The position numbers and the translations under genes are program-made. The notes beneath the pieces were generated by a model. That model searched no databases and was not told where the DNA came from. It saw only the letters and a program-made list of their open reading frames with translations. Positions 17,684 to 25,995 of a DNA stretch of 32,000 bases are shown piece by piece. The stretch's first letter is position 1. Each line of letters opens with the position of its first letter. Source of the stretch: Propionibacterium freudenreichii subsp. freudenreichii (GTDB lineage: Bacteria > Actinomycetota > Actinomycetes > Propionibacteriales > Propionibacteriaceae); assembly GCF_000940845.1 (NCBI RefSeq), contig NZ_CP010341.1:2100001-2132000 (forward strand), given 5' to 3'.

Positions 17684-19264
17684 CTACTGGGCGGTGCCGG
17701 CCTGCTTGTCGGCCTGGGCCTGCAGCCGTCGTGCCTGTGCATGGGCCCGCCGTTGGGCCCGCGTCCAGCGACGACCGCCGCGATGCCACATCGCCAGGCG
17801 TCCCCCACGCCCCAGGTCGGTGAGGCGGCGTTCCACCTTGTCGCGAACATTGGCCGGCGTCACCACCAGCACCTCGTCGCCCTTGAGCAGCGTGGTGTGG
17901 CCATCGGGTGAGAAGGATTCGTCACCGCGGATGATGAGCGCCACGATCGCATTGGGCGGCAGCCGCAGTTCGCGCACGGCCACCCCAGCCAGCTTCGAAC
18001 CGGCGGGGATGTTCACCTGCAACAGGTCGGCGCGGCGTTCCTCGAACGGCGCCACCTCGATGTCCACGTCGGTGGCGGCATAGGGGTTCTCCAGCCCCAG
18101 CCCGCGGGCGACGATCGGCAACGAGGGCGCCTGGACGAGCGTCGAGACGATCACGAAGATCACGATGATGTCGAACAGCTCGTCGGCCTTGGGCATCTGG
18201 GAGGCAAGCGGCACGGTGGCGAGGATGATCGGCACGGCCCCGCGCAGGCCGGCCCAGCTGAGGAAGGTCTGTTCGCGCCAGGGCACGTGGAACCAGACCA
18301 CCGAGACGAAGACCGCGGCCGGGCGCGCGAACAGGCTGATCACCGCCACCAGCAGCAGCCCGATCAGCACATCGTGCAAGGTGATCCTGGACGGCTCGAT
18401 GAGCAGCCCGAGCATCACGAACAGGCCGATCTGGGCCACCCAGCCGATGCCCTCCGCGAAGGAGCGGGTGGCGTGGCGGTGTGGCAGTTGTGCGTTGCCG
18501 AGGATCATCGCGCAGACGAACACGGCGGCGAAGGCCGAGCCGTGGGCCAGCTCGCCGAGCCCATAGGTGAACACGATCCAGGCCATCGTCGCCAGTGGGT
18601 ACAGGCCTGAGGCGGGCAGGGAGAGGCGCTTCATGATCTGCACGCCGAGCCAGCCCATCACGATGCCGAGCAGGACGCCGGAGGCCAACTCGAGCACCAC
18701 GGTGCCGGCCAGCCCGATCACACCGCCGGCGGGCTGCACGCCGATCGCATAGTTGGTGCCGGCGATCACCAGCAACACGGTGGGGGCGTCGTTGAAGCCG
18801 GACTCCGCCTCGAGCGCGGCGCGCACGGTGGGCGGCAGGGGCACCGCGCGCAATACCGCGAACACCGCAGCGGCATCGGTGGGCGCCACGACGGCGCCGA
18901 ACAGGAAGGCCACGGATCGGGGCAGGCCGAGCACGAAGTACCCGAACAGGCCCACCACGGCAATGGTGACCAGCGATCCGACCGTGGCCAGCATGAGCCC
19001 CATGCCCAGCACGGGCTTCACCGACGACCACTTGGTGGTGAGGCCGCCCTCGGCCAGGATCAGCACCAGGGCGGCGAAGCCGAGGTTGTGCGCCATGGTG
19101 GCGTCGCTGAAGTCAATGCCCAGCCCACTGGAGCCCAGGCCGATGCCCACGAACAGGAAGAGCAGCAGCGCGGGTACGCCGGCACGGGAGCCGAGGCGCG
19201 CGGCCGCCACGGCCACCAATGCCACGGCGGAGCCCAATAAGAGCGTCAGGTCAAAAGCTGACAT
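17684..19264 (-). CDS. CPA1-family K+(Na+)/H+ antiporter with C-terminal TrkA_C (RCK_C) domain (NhaP2/CvrA-like)
   Basis: 526 aa with a polytopic N-terminal exchanger domain. C-terminal RCK_C-like segment: LLQVNIPAGSKLAGVAVRELRLPPNAIVALIIRGDESFSPDGHTTLLKGDEVLVVTP. GGAGGGGG RBS in the 15-nt gap after the upstream gene. Confidence 0.82.
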   Translation of the reverse strand: MSAFDLTLLLGSAVALVAVAAARLGSRAGVPALLLFLFVGIGLGSSGLGIDFSDATMAHNLGFAALVLILAEGGLTTKWSSVKPVLGMGLMLATVGSLVTIAVVGLFGYFVLGLPRSVAFLFGAVVAPTDAAAVFAVLRAVPLPPTVRAALEAESGFNDAPTVLLVIAGTNYAIGVQPAGGVIGLAGTVVLELASGVLLGIVMGWLGVQIMKRLSLPASGLYPLATMAWIVFTYGLGELAHGSAFAAVFVCAMILGNAQLPHRHATRSFAEGIGWVAQIGLFVMLGLLIEPSRITLHDVLIGLLLVAVISLFARPAAVFVSVVWFHVPWREQTFLSWAGLRGAVPIILATVPLASQMPKADELFDIIVIFVIVSTLVQAPSLPIVARGLGLENPYAATDVDIEVAPFEERRADLLQVNIPAGSKLAGVAVRELRLPPNAIVALIIRGDESFSPDGHTTLLKGDEVLVVTPANVRDKVERRLTDLGRGGRLAMWHRGGRRWTRAQRRAHAQARRLQAQADKQAGTAQ

Positions 19265-19279
19265 GGGCCCCCTCCGGAA

Positions 19280-21184
19280 TTACTTGGACTTCTCGTCGAG
19301 CTGGGCCTTGATCTGGGCCAGGTATTCGGGGGTCAGGGCACGCATCGGCTCTGTGGGCCAGTCGGCCATCGGCACGCCCTCGGTGTGACGGGCCTGTGGG
19401 CGGGCGTAGCGGGGCACGTAGTGCTCGCCGCCCTCGTCGGGGTCATCGAAGCCGGCAAGCCAGGCGGCGGTCTCGGGATCGAGCACGCCGACGGTCTTGT
19501 CCTGCGCGGTCTTGTTCCCCACGGTGGCCTGCATCGACGTGGGGGCCGTCCCGTCCTGGTGGACATCGGGTGCCGACGCCGGGGCGGCGTCGTGCCCGGA
19601 TGGGATGCGCGGTGTTGTCTCGGGGCCGGCCGGGGCCGTGTCGTGGCGCGGGGCGGCGAAGTGCCACTGGCCCAGCGCCCTTTCGATGACATCGGCCATT
19701 GCCGGGTCAAGCGGCGCCAGCTTGGCGCCCTTGGGCACCAGTGCCGCCGAGGCGTAGCCATTGGGCTGCTTGGGGGCGGCGTCGGTGGGCATCACCCACA
19801 ACGTGGGGTGCTTTCCGGGCTGCACTCCGGCGTCGACGATCTGGTCGGCGTCCAGTGCCCACGGCGAATGCCCCTGGTTCGAGATGCCTGCCTCGCTGAC
19901 CCGCACCACGAAGCGCAGGTGGCGCAGCATGACGAATCCCACCACGAGCTCGGCCAGCGCAAGCACCAGCCACAGGGATGCCTGCAGGGAGGTGCTGAAG
20001 CGCCACCACAGGAAGGCGATGCCGATCAGCACCACGCCGACGACGAAGGAGAAGATGGCCAGCGGCAGCGAACGACGCACGCGCGTGGTCGATTCCAACC
20101 CCACGAAGTCATCACTGGAGGCGTCGGCTTCCGGGGCGTCGGCGGCAGCCGCCAGCACGGGCGCCACAAGCTCTGGTCGCTGGCTGGACGCATCGTCGGG
20201 TGCCGGTTGCGTTGCGGGCTCCTCCGCCTCCGGGACGTCCGCGCCGGCCTCGTCGGAGGCGGCGGGTCCATCGTCGGATGCGGCATCCGCCATGGCGGAA
20301 TCGTCGGGCGTCGGCTCGCTCCCGGCGGCCTCGCCATCCGTATCCGCAGCTTTCGTATCCGCAGCTTCCGCGTCCGCACCATCCTCGTCCGCAGCTTCCG
20401 TATCTGCAGCCTCCGGTGACTGGGCCTGCGATGTCACGGAGTCGACGGCGTCGGGGGCCTGCTCGAGTTCGGGCTCATCGTCCTGCGGCTCGAGTTCGGA
20501 ATCCTGGTCGGCCGCGGCAAGTTTGGGTTCCGGCGAGGCAGCGTCGAGCGCGGGCTCCCCAGCGGGCGCGGGCAGCTCAGCCTGCGTGGCCGGTTCGGCC
20601 GGCTCGGGTGTGCCGGCGGGCTGGCTGTCCTCGGGCTGGGCGCTGTCCGGTTGGGCGTCGCCGCTCCGGGCGTCGTCAGACGGCTCATCGAGCTCGGGCT
20701 CCTGAGGGGCGGCGTCCAGCTCGGCCTCGGGCCCGGGGCCCTCAAGTTCAGGTGCTCCGGCCTGCGACGACTGGTCGTCGATCGCGGCCATCTGCGTCAG
20801 GGTCGATGCGGCATCGTTCTGGTCGGGCTGGGGGTGGTCGGCGTCCTCGGAGATCGCCTGGGCGATGACGGCCCGGGAGCCGTCGTCCCCCGTCGTCGCT
20901 TCCCCGGTGGCGTCTTCACCGTGGTCACCGTCGGGGACGTCACTGGTCGCAGCTGCGGAGTCGGTGGCCGGGGATACGTCCGTATCCGGCACGGAACCCG
21001 CGGGGATGTGGTCTGGATCGCCGGCAGCGATGTGGTCGGGATTGCCGGCAGCGTTGCCGGGGCCCTTGGCGGGCTGATCGGCGCCCCCCTCGCTGACCGC
21101 CGGGGAAACGGCGTCGTCGGCGCGCACCTCAGCGTCAGGGGTCGCCTGCGCTGCGGCCTTCTTCCTGGACTTCCTGCCGAACAT
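19280..21184 (-). CDS. Hypothetical membrane protein: about 370-aa highly acidic A/D/E/P-rich disordered N-terminus, two TM helices, possible bacterial PH-like domain
   Basis: Strong RBS GGAAGGAGGG before ATG 21184. TM pair: LPLAIFSFVVGVVLIGIAFLWW and LWLVLALAELVVGFVMLRHL. These are followed by RFVVRVSEAGISNQG...LWVMP, a layout that resembles bPH-type proteins (weak inference). Co-operonic with the antiporter. Confidence 0.6.
   Translation of the reverse strand: MFGRKSRKKAAAQATPDAEVRADDAVSPAVSEGGADQPAKGPGNAAGNPDHIAAGDPDHIPAGSVPDTDVSPATDSAAATSDVPDGDHGEDATGEATTGDDGSRAVIAQAISEDADHPQPDQNDAASTLTQMAAIDDQSSQAGAPELEGPGPEAELDAAPQEPELDEPSDDARSGDAQPDSAQPEDSQPAGTPEPAEPATQAELPAPAGEPALDAASPEPKLAAADQDSELEPQDDEPELEQAPDAVDSVTSQAQSPEAADTEAADEDGADAEAADTKAADTDGEAAGSEPTPDDSAMADAASDDGPAASDEAGADVPEAEEPATQPAPDDASSQRPELVAPVLAAAADAPEADASSDDFVGLESTTRVRRSLPLAIFSFVVGVVLIGIAFLWWRFSTSLQASLWLVLALAELVVGFVMLRHLRFVVRVSEAGISNQGHSPWALDADQIVDAGVQPGKHPTLWVMPTDAAPKQPNGYASAALVPKGAKLAPLDPAMADVIERALGQWHFAAPRHDTAPAGPETTPRIPSGHDAAPASAPDVHQDGTAPTSMQATVGNKTAQDKTVGVLDPETAAWLAGFDDPDEGGEHYVPRYARPQARHTEGVPMADWPTEPMRALTPEYLAQIKAQLDEKSK
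20340..20414. repeat. Five tandem 15-nt coding repeats inside the acidic protein gene
   Basis: Units are gtatccgcagctttc, gtatccgcagcttcc, gcgtccgcaccatcc, tcgtccgcagcttcc and gtatctgcagcctcc. On the minus strand they encode EAADTEAADEDGADAEAADTKAADT. Confidence 0.85.
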
Positions 21185-21483
21185 CTGCCCTCCTTCCGAC
21201 GACTCATCAACCGATTGCGCCCCCCGAGGGGAAACGCATGGGACACGCCATCATGGTGGGTGGACGGCCCGCGCGCCTCGCCAGCGGGCAGGCAGTATTG
21301 TGTGCCGCCGGCTCAACGCCCGACCAGACTACCGGATTGCGACCTACGCCCGCGGCGGCTCTGAAACGCGCAGACACGCCGACCAGTGACCTCACTGATG
21401 CGCTATGAGGCCCGCACAGGCCTCCCACAAGGCCGGGAACGTGCCCGTCCTGCCGAACGACCGGGCTCCGGAAACAGCAGAAA

Positions 21484-21507
21484 CCCCCGGCATGATGCTC
21501 CCGGGGG
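21484..21507 (-). terminator. Hairpin terminator downstream of tRNA-Ser
   Basis: cccccgg (21484-21490) pairs with ccggggg (21501-21507) across a 10-nt loop. On the minus strand it is followed by TTTCTGCTGTTT. It lies 8 nt past the tRNA 3' end. Confidence 0.6.
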
Positions 21508-21514
21508 TTCCCTG

Positions 21515-21602
21515 TGGCGGTGACGGAGGGATTTGAACCCTCGGTGGCTTGCACCACACTCGCTTTCGAGGCGAGCTCTTTCGGCCGCTCAGACACGTCA
21601 CC
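21515..21602 (-). tRNA. tRNA-Ser (anticodon CGA), CCA encoded
   Basis: 88 nt, folded manually. Acceptor stem GGTGACG/CGTCACC. 3-bp D stem. Anticodon stem CTCGC/GCGAG with loop CTCGAAA. Long variable arm. T arm GAGGG-TTCAAAT-CCCTC. 3' end GCCA. Confidence 0.95.
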
Positions 21603-21659
21603 GCGGAACAGCTTACAAGTGCAATCGCTCCCTGCGCCACTCAGCGCCGATCCCCGCGC

Positions 21660-22139
21660 TCAGCGACGCGTCGCGAAGAAATCGGTCAGCACGCGCTGGC
21701 AGTCGTCGGCCATGATGCCGCCGACCACCTCGACACGGTGGTTGAGGCGCGGATCGCGCACCACATCCCACAGCGAGGCAATCGCGCCCGCCTTGGGGTC
21801 GAAGGCGCCGAAGACCAGGCGCCTGATGCGGGCATTCACCAGCGCACCGGCACACATCGTGCAGGGCTCGAGGGTGACCACCAGGGTGCAGTCGTCCAGG
21901 CGCCACGCGCCACGACGCGCACACGCGGCACGGATGGCCAGCACCTCGGCATGTGCGGTGGCGTCGCCGTCCTGCTCGCGACGGTTCCCACCCTCGCCGA
22001 GCAGCACACCGTTCCCATCAAGCACCACGGCACCCACCGGCACATCGCCCGCTGCGCCCGCCCCACGGGCGAGCGCCAGGGCACACGCCATGTCGGCGTC
22101 CCACCTGCTCACCGACGTCGCCTCATCGGCGTCGGCCAC
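21660..22139 (-). CDS. tadA: tRNA adenosine(34) deaminase
   Basis: CDA zinc motifs HAEVLAI and LEPCTMCAGAL. 159 aa. Sits immediately upstream of tRNA-Ser. Confidence 0.9.
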   Translation of the reverse strand: MADADEATSVSRWDADMACALALARGAGAAGDVPVGAVVLDGNGVLLGEGGNRREQDGDATAHAEVLAIRAACARRGAWRLDDCTLVVTLEPCTMCAGALVNARIRRLVFGAFDPKAGAIASLWDVVRDPRLNHRVEVVGGIMADDCQRVLTDFFATRR

Positions 22140-22162
22140 CCCGGGCGCGCAGCGTCACCCGC

Positions 22163-22891
22163 TCAGGGGCCATCGTCGCCGAGGGCCTTGTCGAACGGCT
22201 CGGTGAACTTCATGTCCTCCACCACGCGTCCGACCAGCTCGCCGGAATCCTCGTCGAAGTCCTCGGCGATGGACTCCATCTCGAAATCGCTGACGCCCTG
22301 GTCGGCAAGGATGTCCAGATCGCCAACCGGCTCGGAATCGTCGTCGGGATCGGGCACCTCCAGCCCGAGGAAGTCGATCACGTCACGGGCGATCGGCCAG
22401 TCGTTGGAGGCCACGGCGTCATTCAGCAGCACCTGGATCTGGTTGCCGCGCACCCGGCACAGCACGAAGAACTCGCCATTGATGCTCACGGCACCGACGG
22501 CGCCCACGTCTCCGGGCATCCGGCGCAGCTGGGCGACCAGTTCGTCGAGGTCGTTGGCGCAGATATCGGGCAGCTCGGTGACGGTCGGTTCCCCGCCCTC
22601 GCGGTAGAGGGCTACGACGAAGTCGATCTCGTCCGAGGTGGCGTCGTCATAGTCATCATCGTCGTCATCATCATCGTCGCTGTCGTCATCGTCGTCGTCA
22701 TCATCGCTGTCGTCGTCGAGATCGTCGTCGTAGTCGTCGGTCACGACGCTGGCGTCCAGCTCGTTGTCGTCGTCGTCGAGGCTGTCCAGGTCATCGGCGG
22801 TGCCCGCACGATCGGCACTGGTGTCGTCAACATCGGCATGGTCGACATCGGTCACGTCGATGTCCTTGTCATTCTTCTTGTCCCCGGTCAC
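22163..22891 (-). CDS. tRNA adenosine deaminase-associated protein (actinobacterial family found next to tadA), with poly-Asp tract
   Basis: I prefer GTG 22891, which has AAGGGGG 6 nt upstream. The tracked ORF extends to 23050. The conserved-looking C-terminal half runs [18 protein letters not shown]...[23 protein letters not shown]...[12 protein letters not shown]. The family assignment comes from memory of the TIGR-type family and from synteny with tadA. Confidence 0.7.
   Translation of the reverse strand: MTGDKKNDKDIDVTDVDHADVDDTSADRAGTADDLDSLDDDDNELDASVVTDDYDDDLDDDSDDDDDDDDSDDDDDDDDDYDDATSDEIDFVVALYREGGEPTVTELPDICANDLDELVAQLRRMPGDVGAVGAVSINGEFFVLCRVRGNQIQVLLNDAVASNDWPIARDVIDFLGLEVPDPDDDSEPVGDLDILADQGVSDFEMESIAEDFDEDSGELVGRVVEDMKFTEPFDKALGDDGP
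22641..22740. repeat. GTC/ATC trinucleotide-rich tract encoding a poly-Asp run
   Basis: Encodes [32 protein letters not shown] on the minus strand. Confidence 0.85.
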
Positions 22892-23079
22892 GGCAGCCCC
22901 CTTTACCTCGCGATGGACCCCAATATCCCATGCCGGACCAAAGCGCGCACCCCCCGGGTTGTACAGCGTCCAATGGGTGGCCGCGTCACGGTGCGACGAA
23001 CGGCCGGCGTGGGGGCCAGCGCCATCCGCGTGCGTCGTCGGCGCGCGCACGATCCGGCGGATGTGGGAGGCTGGCGGTT

Positions 23080-23721
23080 GTGGAATTGCGCGTCGTGAAT
23101 CATCCTCTGGTGGCCCATAAGCTCACGCACCTGCGCGAGGCGAGCACACCGAGTCCCACCTTCCGGCTGCTCGTTGCCGAACTGGTGACGCTGCTCGCCT
23201 ATGAGGCCACCCGTGATGTGCTCCTCACCGATGTTGAGGTGGACACCCCGGTGGCACGGGCCAAGGGCAGTGCCCTGGCCAAGCCGAAGCCGCTCGTGGT
23301 GCCGATCCTGCGCGCCGGCCTGGGCATGCTCGAGGGCATGACGCGGCTGGTCCCCACCGCCGAGGTGGGCTTCGTCGGCATGGCCCGCGACGAGACCACG
23401 CTGCAGCCCACCACCTATGCCGAGCGACTGCCCCACGACTTATCGGGACGCCAGTGCTTCGTGCTGGATCCGATGCTGGCAACCGGCGGATCACTGGCCG
23501 GCTGCGTGAGCTTCCTGGCCGATCGCGGCGCAGACGACATCACCTGCATCTGCATCCTGGCGGCCCCCGAGGGCATCAAGCGGGTGCGCGAACTCACCGA
23601 GGACCGCGGCATCGACTGCACCCTCGTGGTGGCTGCCGTCGACGACCACCTCAACGAGCACGGCTACATCATTCCCGGCCTGGGCGATGCCGGTGACCGC
23701 CTGTACGGGCTGGCCGAATAG
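23080..23721 (+). CDS. upp: Uracil phosphoribosyltransferase
   Basis: GTG 23080 gives (M)[22 protein letters not shown]-binding loop [14 protein letters not shown]-terminal [15 protein letters not shown]. The tracked ORF start at 22930 is a spurious extension. Confidence 0.9.
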   Translation: MELRVVNHPLVAHKLTHLREASTPSPTFRLLVAELVTLLAYEATRDVLLTDVEVDTPVARAKGSALAKPKPLVVPILRAGLGMLEGMTRLVPTAEVGFVGMARDETTLQPTTYAERLPHDLSGRQCFVLDPMLATGGSLAGCVSFLADRGADDITCICILAAPEGIKRVRELTEDRGIDCTLVVAAVDDHLNEHGYIIPGLGDAGDRLYGLAE

Positions 23722-24590
23722 CGACGTCGCACGATCGTGCGGCCCAATGTGTACACGAACGCCACGGCGGCCAGCCCCACCGGGATGACCCACCACGGGA
23801 ATCCCAACCCGACGCCCGGCGAGCCGGGACCGGTCTGGTCAATGATGTCGACGCGCTCGGCGTGCACCAGCAGGCGATGGCTGTTGACGCCGATGGGCGT
23901 GCAGGTGACCAGCGTCACCAGGTCGTGCCCGGGCGCGGGACGCAGCGTGGCCACCTGGGAGGGTTCCACCACCTCACTGCCGATGATCCGGTAGTGCAGT
24001 TGGCGTCCGATGGTGGTCAACGAGAACAGGTCGCCGGGCTGCAGCCTGTCCAGGTGGGTGAACAGCTCGGCCTCCGCCAGGCCGGCGTGGGCGGTGAGCA
24101 CCGCATGGGTGTCGGTACCGCCCACCGGCAGCGACGAGCCGTACAGGTGGCCGACGCCCTTGCGCAGCGCCGCCTCGGTGGCACCGTGGTAGATCGGCAG
24201 GCTCTGGTTGATGCGGGGAATCGTGAGAGTTGACATCACGCCGTCGGCTTCGGCGTTGAGCTGGGCCAGGTAGAGCCTGGCGGGCTCGTCGAGCACCATC
24301 GGCTCGACGCCAGCCGTGTTGGTGAACGGGTCGATGATCAACCCACCGGGCAGCGACGCGTTGTAGTCCTCGGCAGATTTCAGCAGGGCAGCGCGCTGTT
24401 CGGGGCTCATGCGGCCGACGGCCTCGGCATAGGAGTGCATGGCGTCGCGCTCGGCGCGCGCCGAGAACCATGAGGCCGCCGAGGGATAGCACATCACGAG
24501 CACGCCCAGCAGCACCAGGCCGGCGATCAGCACGCGATCCCAGCCCGCAGGGCGGGTGGTGGGCCGACGGGCCTGGCGAGCGGCGTTCAT
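23664..24590 (-). CDS. srtC: Class C (pilus-assembly) sortase
   Basis: N-terminal TM segment. Lid-type DPF motif (LIIDPFTN). Catalytic His (HAVLTAHAG), TLVTC motif and Arg ([10 protein letters not shown]). C-terminal TM anchor followed by a basic tail. Confidence 0.88.
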   Translation of the reverse strand: MNAARQARRPTTRPAGWDRVLIAGLVLLGVLVMCYPSAASWFSARAERDAMHSYAEAVGRMSPEQRAALLKSAEDYNASLPGGLIIDPFTNTAGVEPMVLDEPARLYLAQLNAEADGVMSTLTIPRINQSLPIYHGATEAALRKGVGHLYGSSLPVGGTDTHAVLTAHAGLAEAELFTHLDRLQPGDLFSLTTIGRQLHYRIIGSEVVEPSQVATLRPAPGHDLVTLVTCTPIGVNSHRLLVHAERVDIIDQTGPGSPGVGLGFPWWVIPVGLAAVAFVYTLGRTIVRRRYSASPYRRSPASPRPGMM

Positions 24591-24731
24591 CGTGGGGGTC
24601 TCCGTTTCGGGGCCGGGCCTGCCCGGCGCCTGGGGAAACCGGACTCGACGATGCGGTCATCGATGAAGCTGGTTTCCATGATGTCAAACGCCCGTGGCGC
24701 TGAGGGCACCGCCCCGTTCCCTGCGCGGAAA

Positions 24732-24768
24732 CGCCGGGATGGAGCGAAAGGACCCCTCCATCCCGGCG
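24732..24768 (-). terminator. Perfect 13-bp-stem hairpin downstream of the small ORF (terminator-like)
   Basis: cgccgggatggag (24732-24744) pairs perfectly with ctccatcccggcg (24756-24768) across an 11-nt loop. On the minus strand it is followed by TTTCC. It lies 18 nt past the stop of the 24787-25089 ORF. Confidence 0.45.
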
Positions 24769-24786
24769 CCATCACCGGTCATGGCC

Positions 24787-25089
24787 TCAGCAGGGGGTTG
24801 TCGTGGCCATGCCGCCCGCGTCGTCGCCCGGCACTCGCCTCGTGGCCGGAATGACGACTGGACCTGTGGCATCCGGCGCAGACTGCGAGCCGGATGTGCT
24901 CGCGGGCACCGAACTGTTCGCTGCGACGCCCAGCTCGTGCGAGTTCCCCCGGATGGGACGAGGCCAACCACCCACGCCGATCGGCACGACGCTGGCCAAC
25001 GGGCCTTGTGCGGTGCGCCAGGAGGAGCGCTCCGCGACGGTGGGTCGGATGCCATTGCGTCGTGCATTCGAATGGTTGTCCTCGGCCAT
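24787..25089 (-). CDS. Hypothetical small protein (100 aa) inside the pilus islet spacer
   Basis: ATG 25089 lies 7 nt after GAAGGAG. Third-position G+C enrichment is confined to about 24790-25090 and fades outside that range. A hairpin follows the stop. No TM segment, signal peptide or recognisable motif. The sequence ends ...GGMATTTPC. Confidence 0.4.
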   Translation of the reverse strand: MAEDNHSNARRNGIRPTVAERSSWRTAQGPLASVVPIGVGGWPRPIRGNSHELGVAANSSVPASTSGSQSAPDATGPVVIPATRRVPGDDAGGMATTTPC

Positions 25090-25148
25090 TCCATGGCTCC
25101 TTCTGCGCGGGGGTTCACAGAACTGTGGGGACCACAGGTTCACTACAA

Positions 25149-25177
25149 ACAATAAGAAGCGGAGCGGCACTTGGCAA
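25149..25177 (-). promoter_or_regulatory. Candidate SigA-type promoter for the small ORF
   Basis: On the minus strand: TTGCCA (plus-strand tggcaa 25172-25177), a 17-nt spacer, then TATTGT (plus-strand acaata 25149-25154). The repeat GTGAAC-CTGTGG-tcc-CCACAG-ttct-GTGAAC follows immediately. Confidence 0.3.
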
Positions 25178-25909
25178 TGGCGATCGGCACATCAACCGGG
25201 TGCCACGGGCGGCATCCCGCGGGGATTGTGCACCGTCAGATACTTTCGTGACACGCGATATTCGCAGCACCTTCGGCAAATCACTCACCATGCGATAACG
25301 CATTGCCTGCCATCAACCATCATGGGCCGATCGCTGTCGACATCGATCCGCCCCCGGGGATCATTGGCCGCGACACAGAAAGCCGTCCCGCCGCCGGGAC
25401 ACCGTGGATTACCGACCCCTGTAAATCAATCATCCGAGCCGCACACCGGACCCGCACAATCCGGCCTCACCCGCCGTCAGGACAGGGCGCCGGCGGGCGC
25501 ATACACCGGTGCCGGAGCCTCCACCGGGACGCAGCCAGCCATATTTCTCGGATGCCCCGCGGCACGGCACCGCCAATCGCCTGCCATGTACGGACAATTC
25601 GGGACCCTATTGCATTATGCACGCATGCATTGTGCAATGGTGCAGGCCGGACGAGGGGACGTGGGTCAGGCCCGGACCTCCACATGTTTGCGCACATCAC
25701 TCTGGATCTGCACCCGCGAAAATGGTCGACACGCATGCGGACGTATCGGTGTGCCGGCATTACTTCTTCGCGGCCATCCCCGTCAGGCGCGATGAGAAAT
25801 TGCCCTGCGCTGCCAGGCGCCATGGGCCGAGGAATGTATTCTGTGCGCCAGCACCATTGGCAGGGTCGCCACCCCTCGACATCACACCCGACTCGTGGGC
25901 CGAAATGAC

Positions 25910-25950
25910 ACGACGCCGGAACGGGGAGCGAAACCCCATCCCGGCGTCGT
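25910..25950 (-). terminator. Hairpin downstream of the major-pilin gene (terminator-like)
   Basis: cgacgccgg (25911-25919) pairs with ccggcgtcg (25941-25949). An inner GGGG/CCCC stem has loop agcgaaa. It lies about 45 nt past the pilin stop. On the minus strand it is followed by TGTCATTTCGG. Confidence 0.5.
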
Positions 25951-25995
25951 ATGAGCCAGCGGTTCAGCCCACGGGGAGCCGGCCGACAACGACGA

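Noticed and set aside
21207-21640. ORFs of 129 aa and 82 aa (minus) and 230 aa and 352 aa (plus) overlapping the tRNA-Ser and tadA region.
   Set aside because: They overlap a confidently folded tRNA and its terminator, or lie antisense to tadA. Their translations are not protein-like.
20340-22740. Tandem repeats considered as a possible CRISPR or non-coding array (15-nt repeats at 20340-20414 and the trinucleotide tract at 22641-22740).
   Set aside because: Both are in frame within ORFs and encode low-complexity acidic peptide repeats. They have no spacer-repeat architecture and no cas genes.
24659-24687. Perfect TTGACA (minus strand, plus-strand tgtcaa 24682-24687) as a possible sortase promoter -35 element.
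   Set aside because: No acceptable -10 hexamer lies at 16-18 nt spacing (only ATCGAT). It is too weak to annotate as a promoter.
25440-25560. Possible riboswitch-like element (GGTGCCG...CGGCACC long-range pairing with an internal CCGAGAAAT) in the spacer on the minus strand.
   Set aside because: I compared it by eye with TPP and other common riboswitch cores and saw no convincing match. There is no downstream gene in a suitable position. It is kept only as part of the general non-coding-region finding.
24803-25795. 330-aa plus-strand ORF spanning the pilus-locus spacer.
   Set aside because: Its third codon positions coincide with those of the minus-strand small ORF, so its apparent bias at 24803-25090 is inherited. 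The bias disappears beyond 25090 although the ORF continues. The product is W/C/H/R-rich nonsense that runs through palindromes and the promoter-like region.
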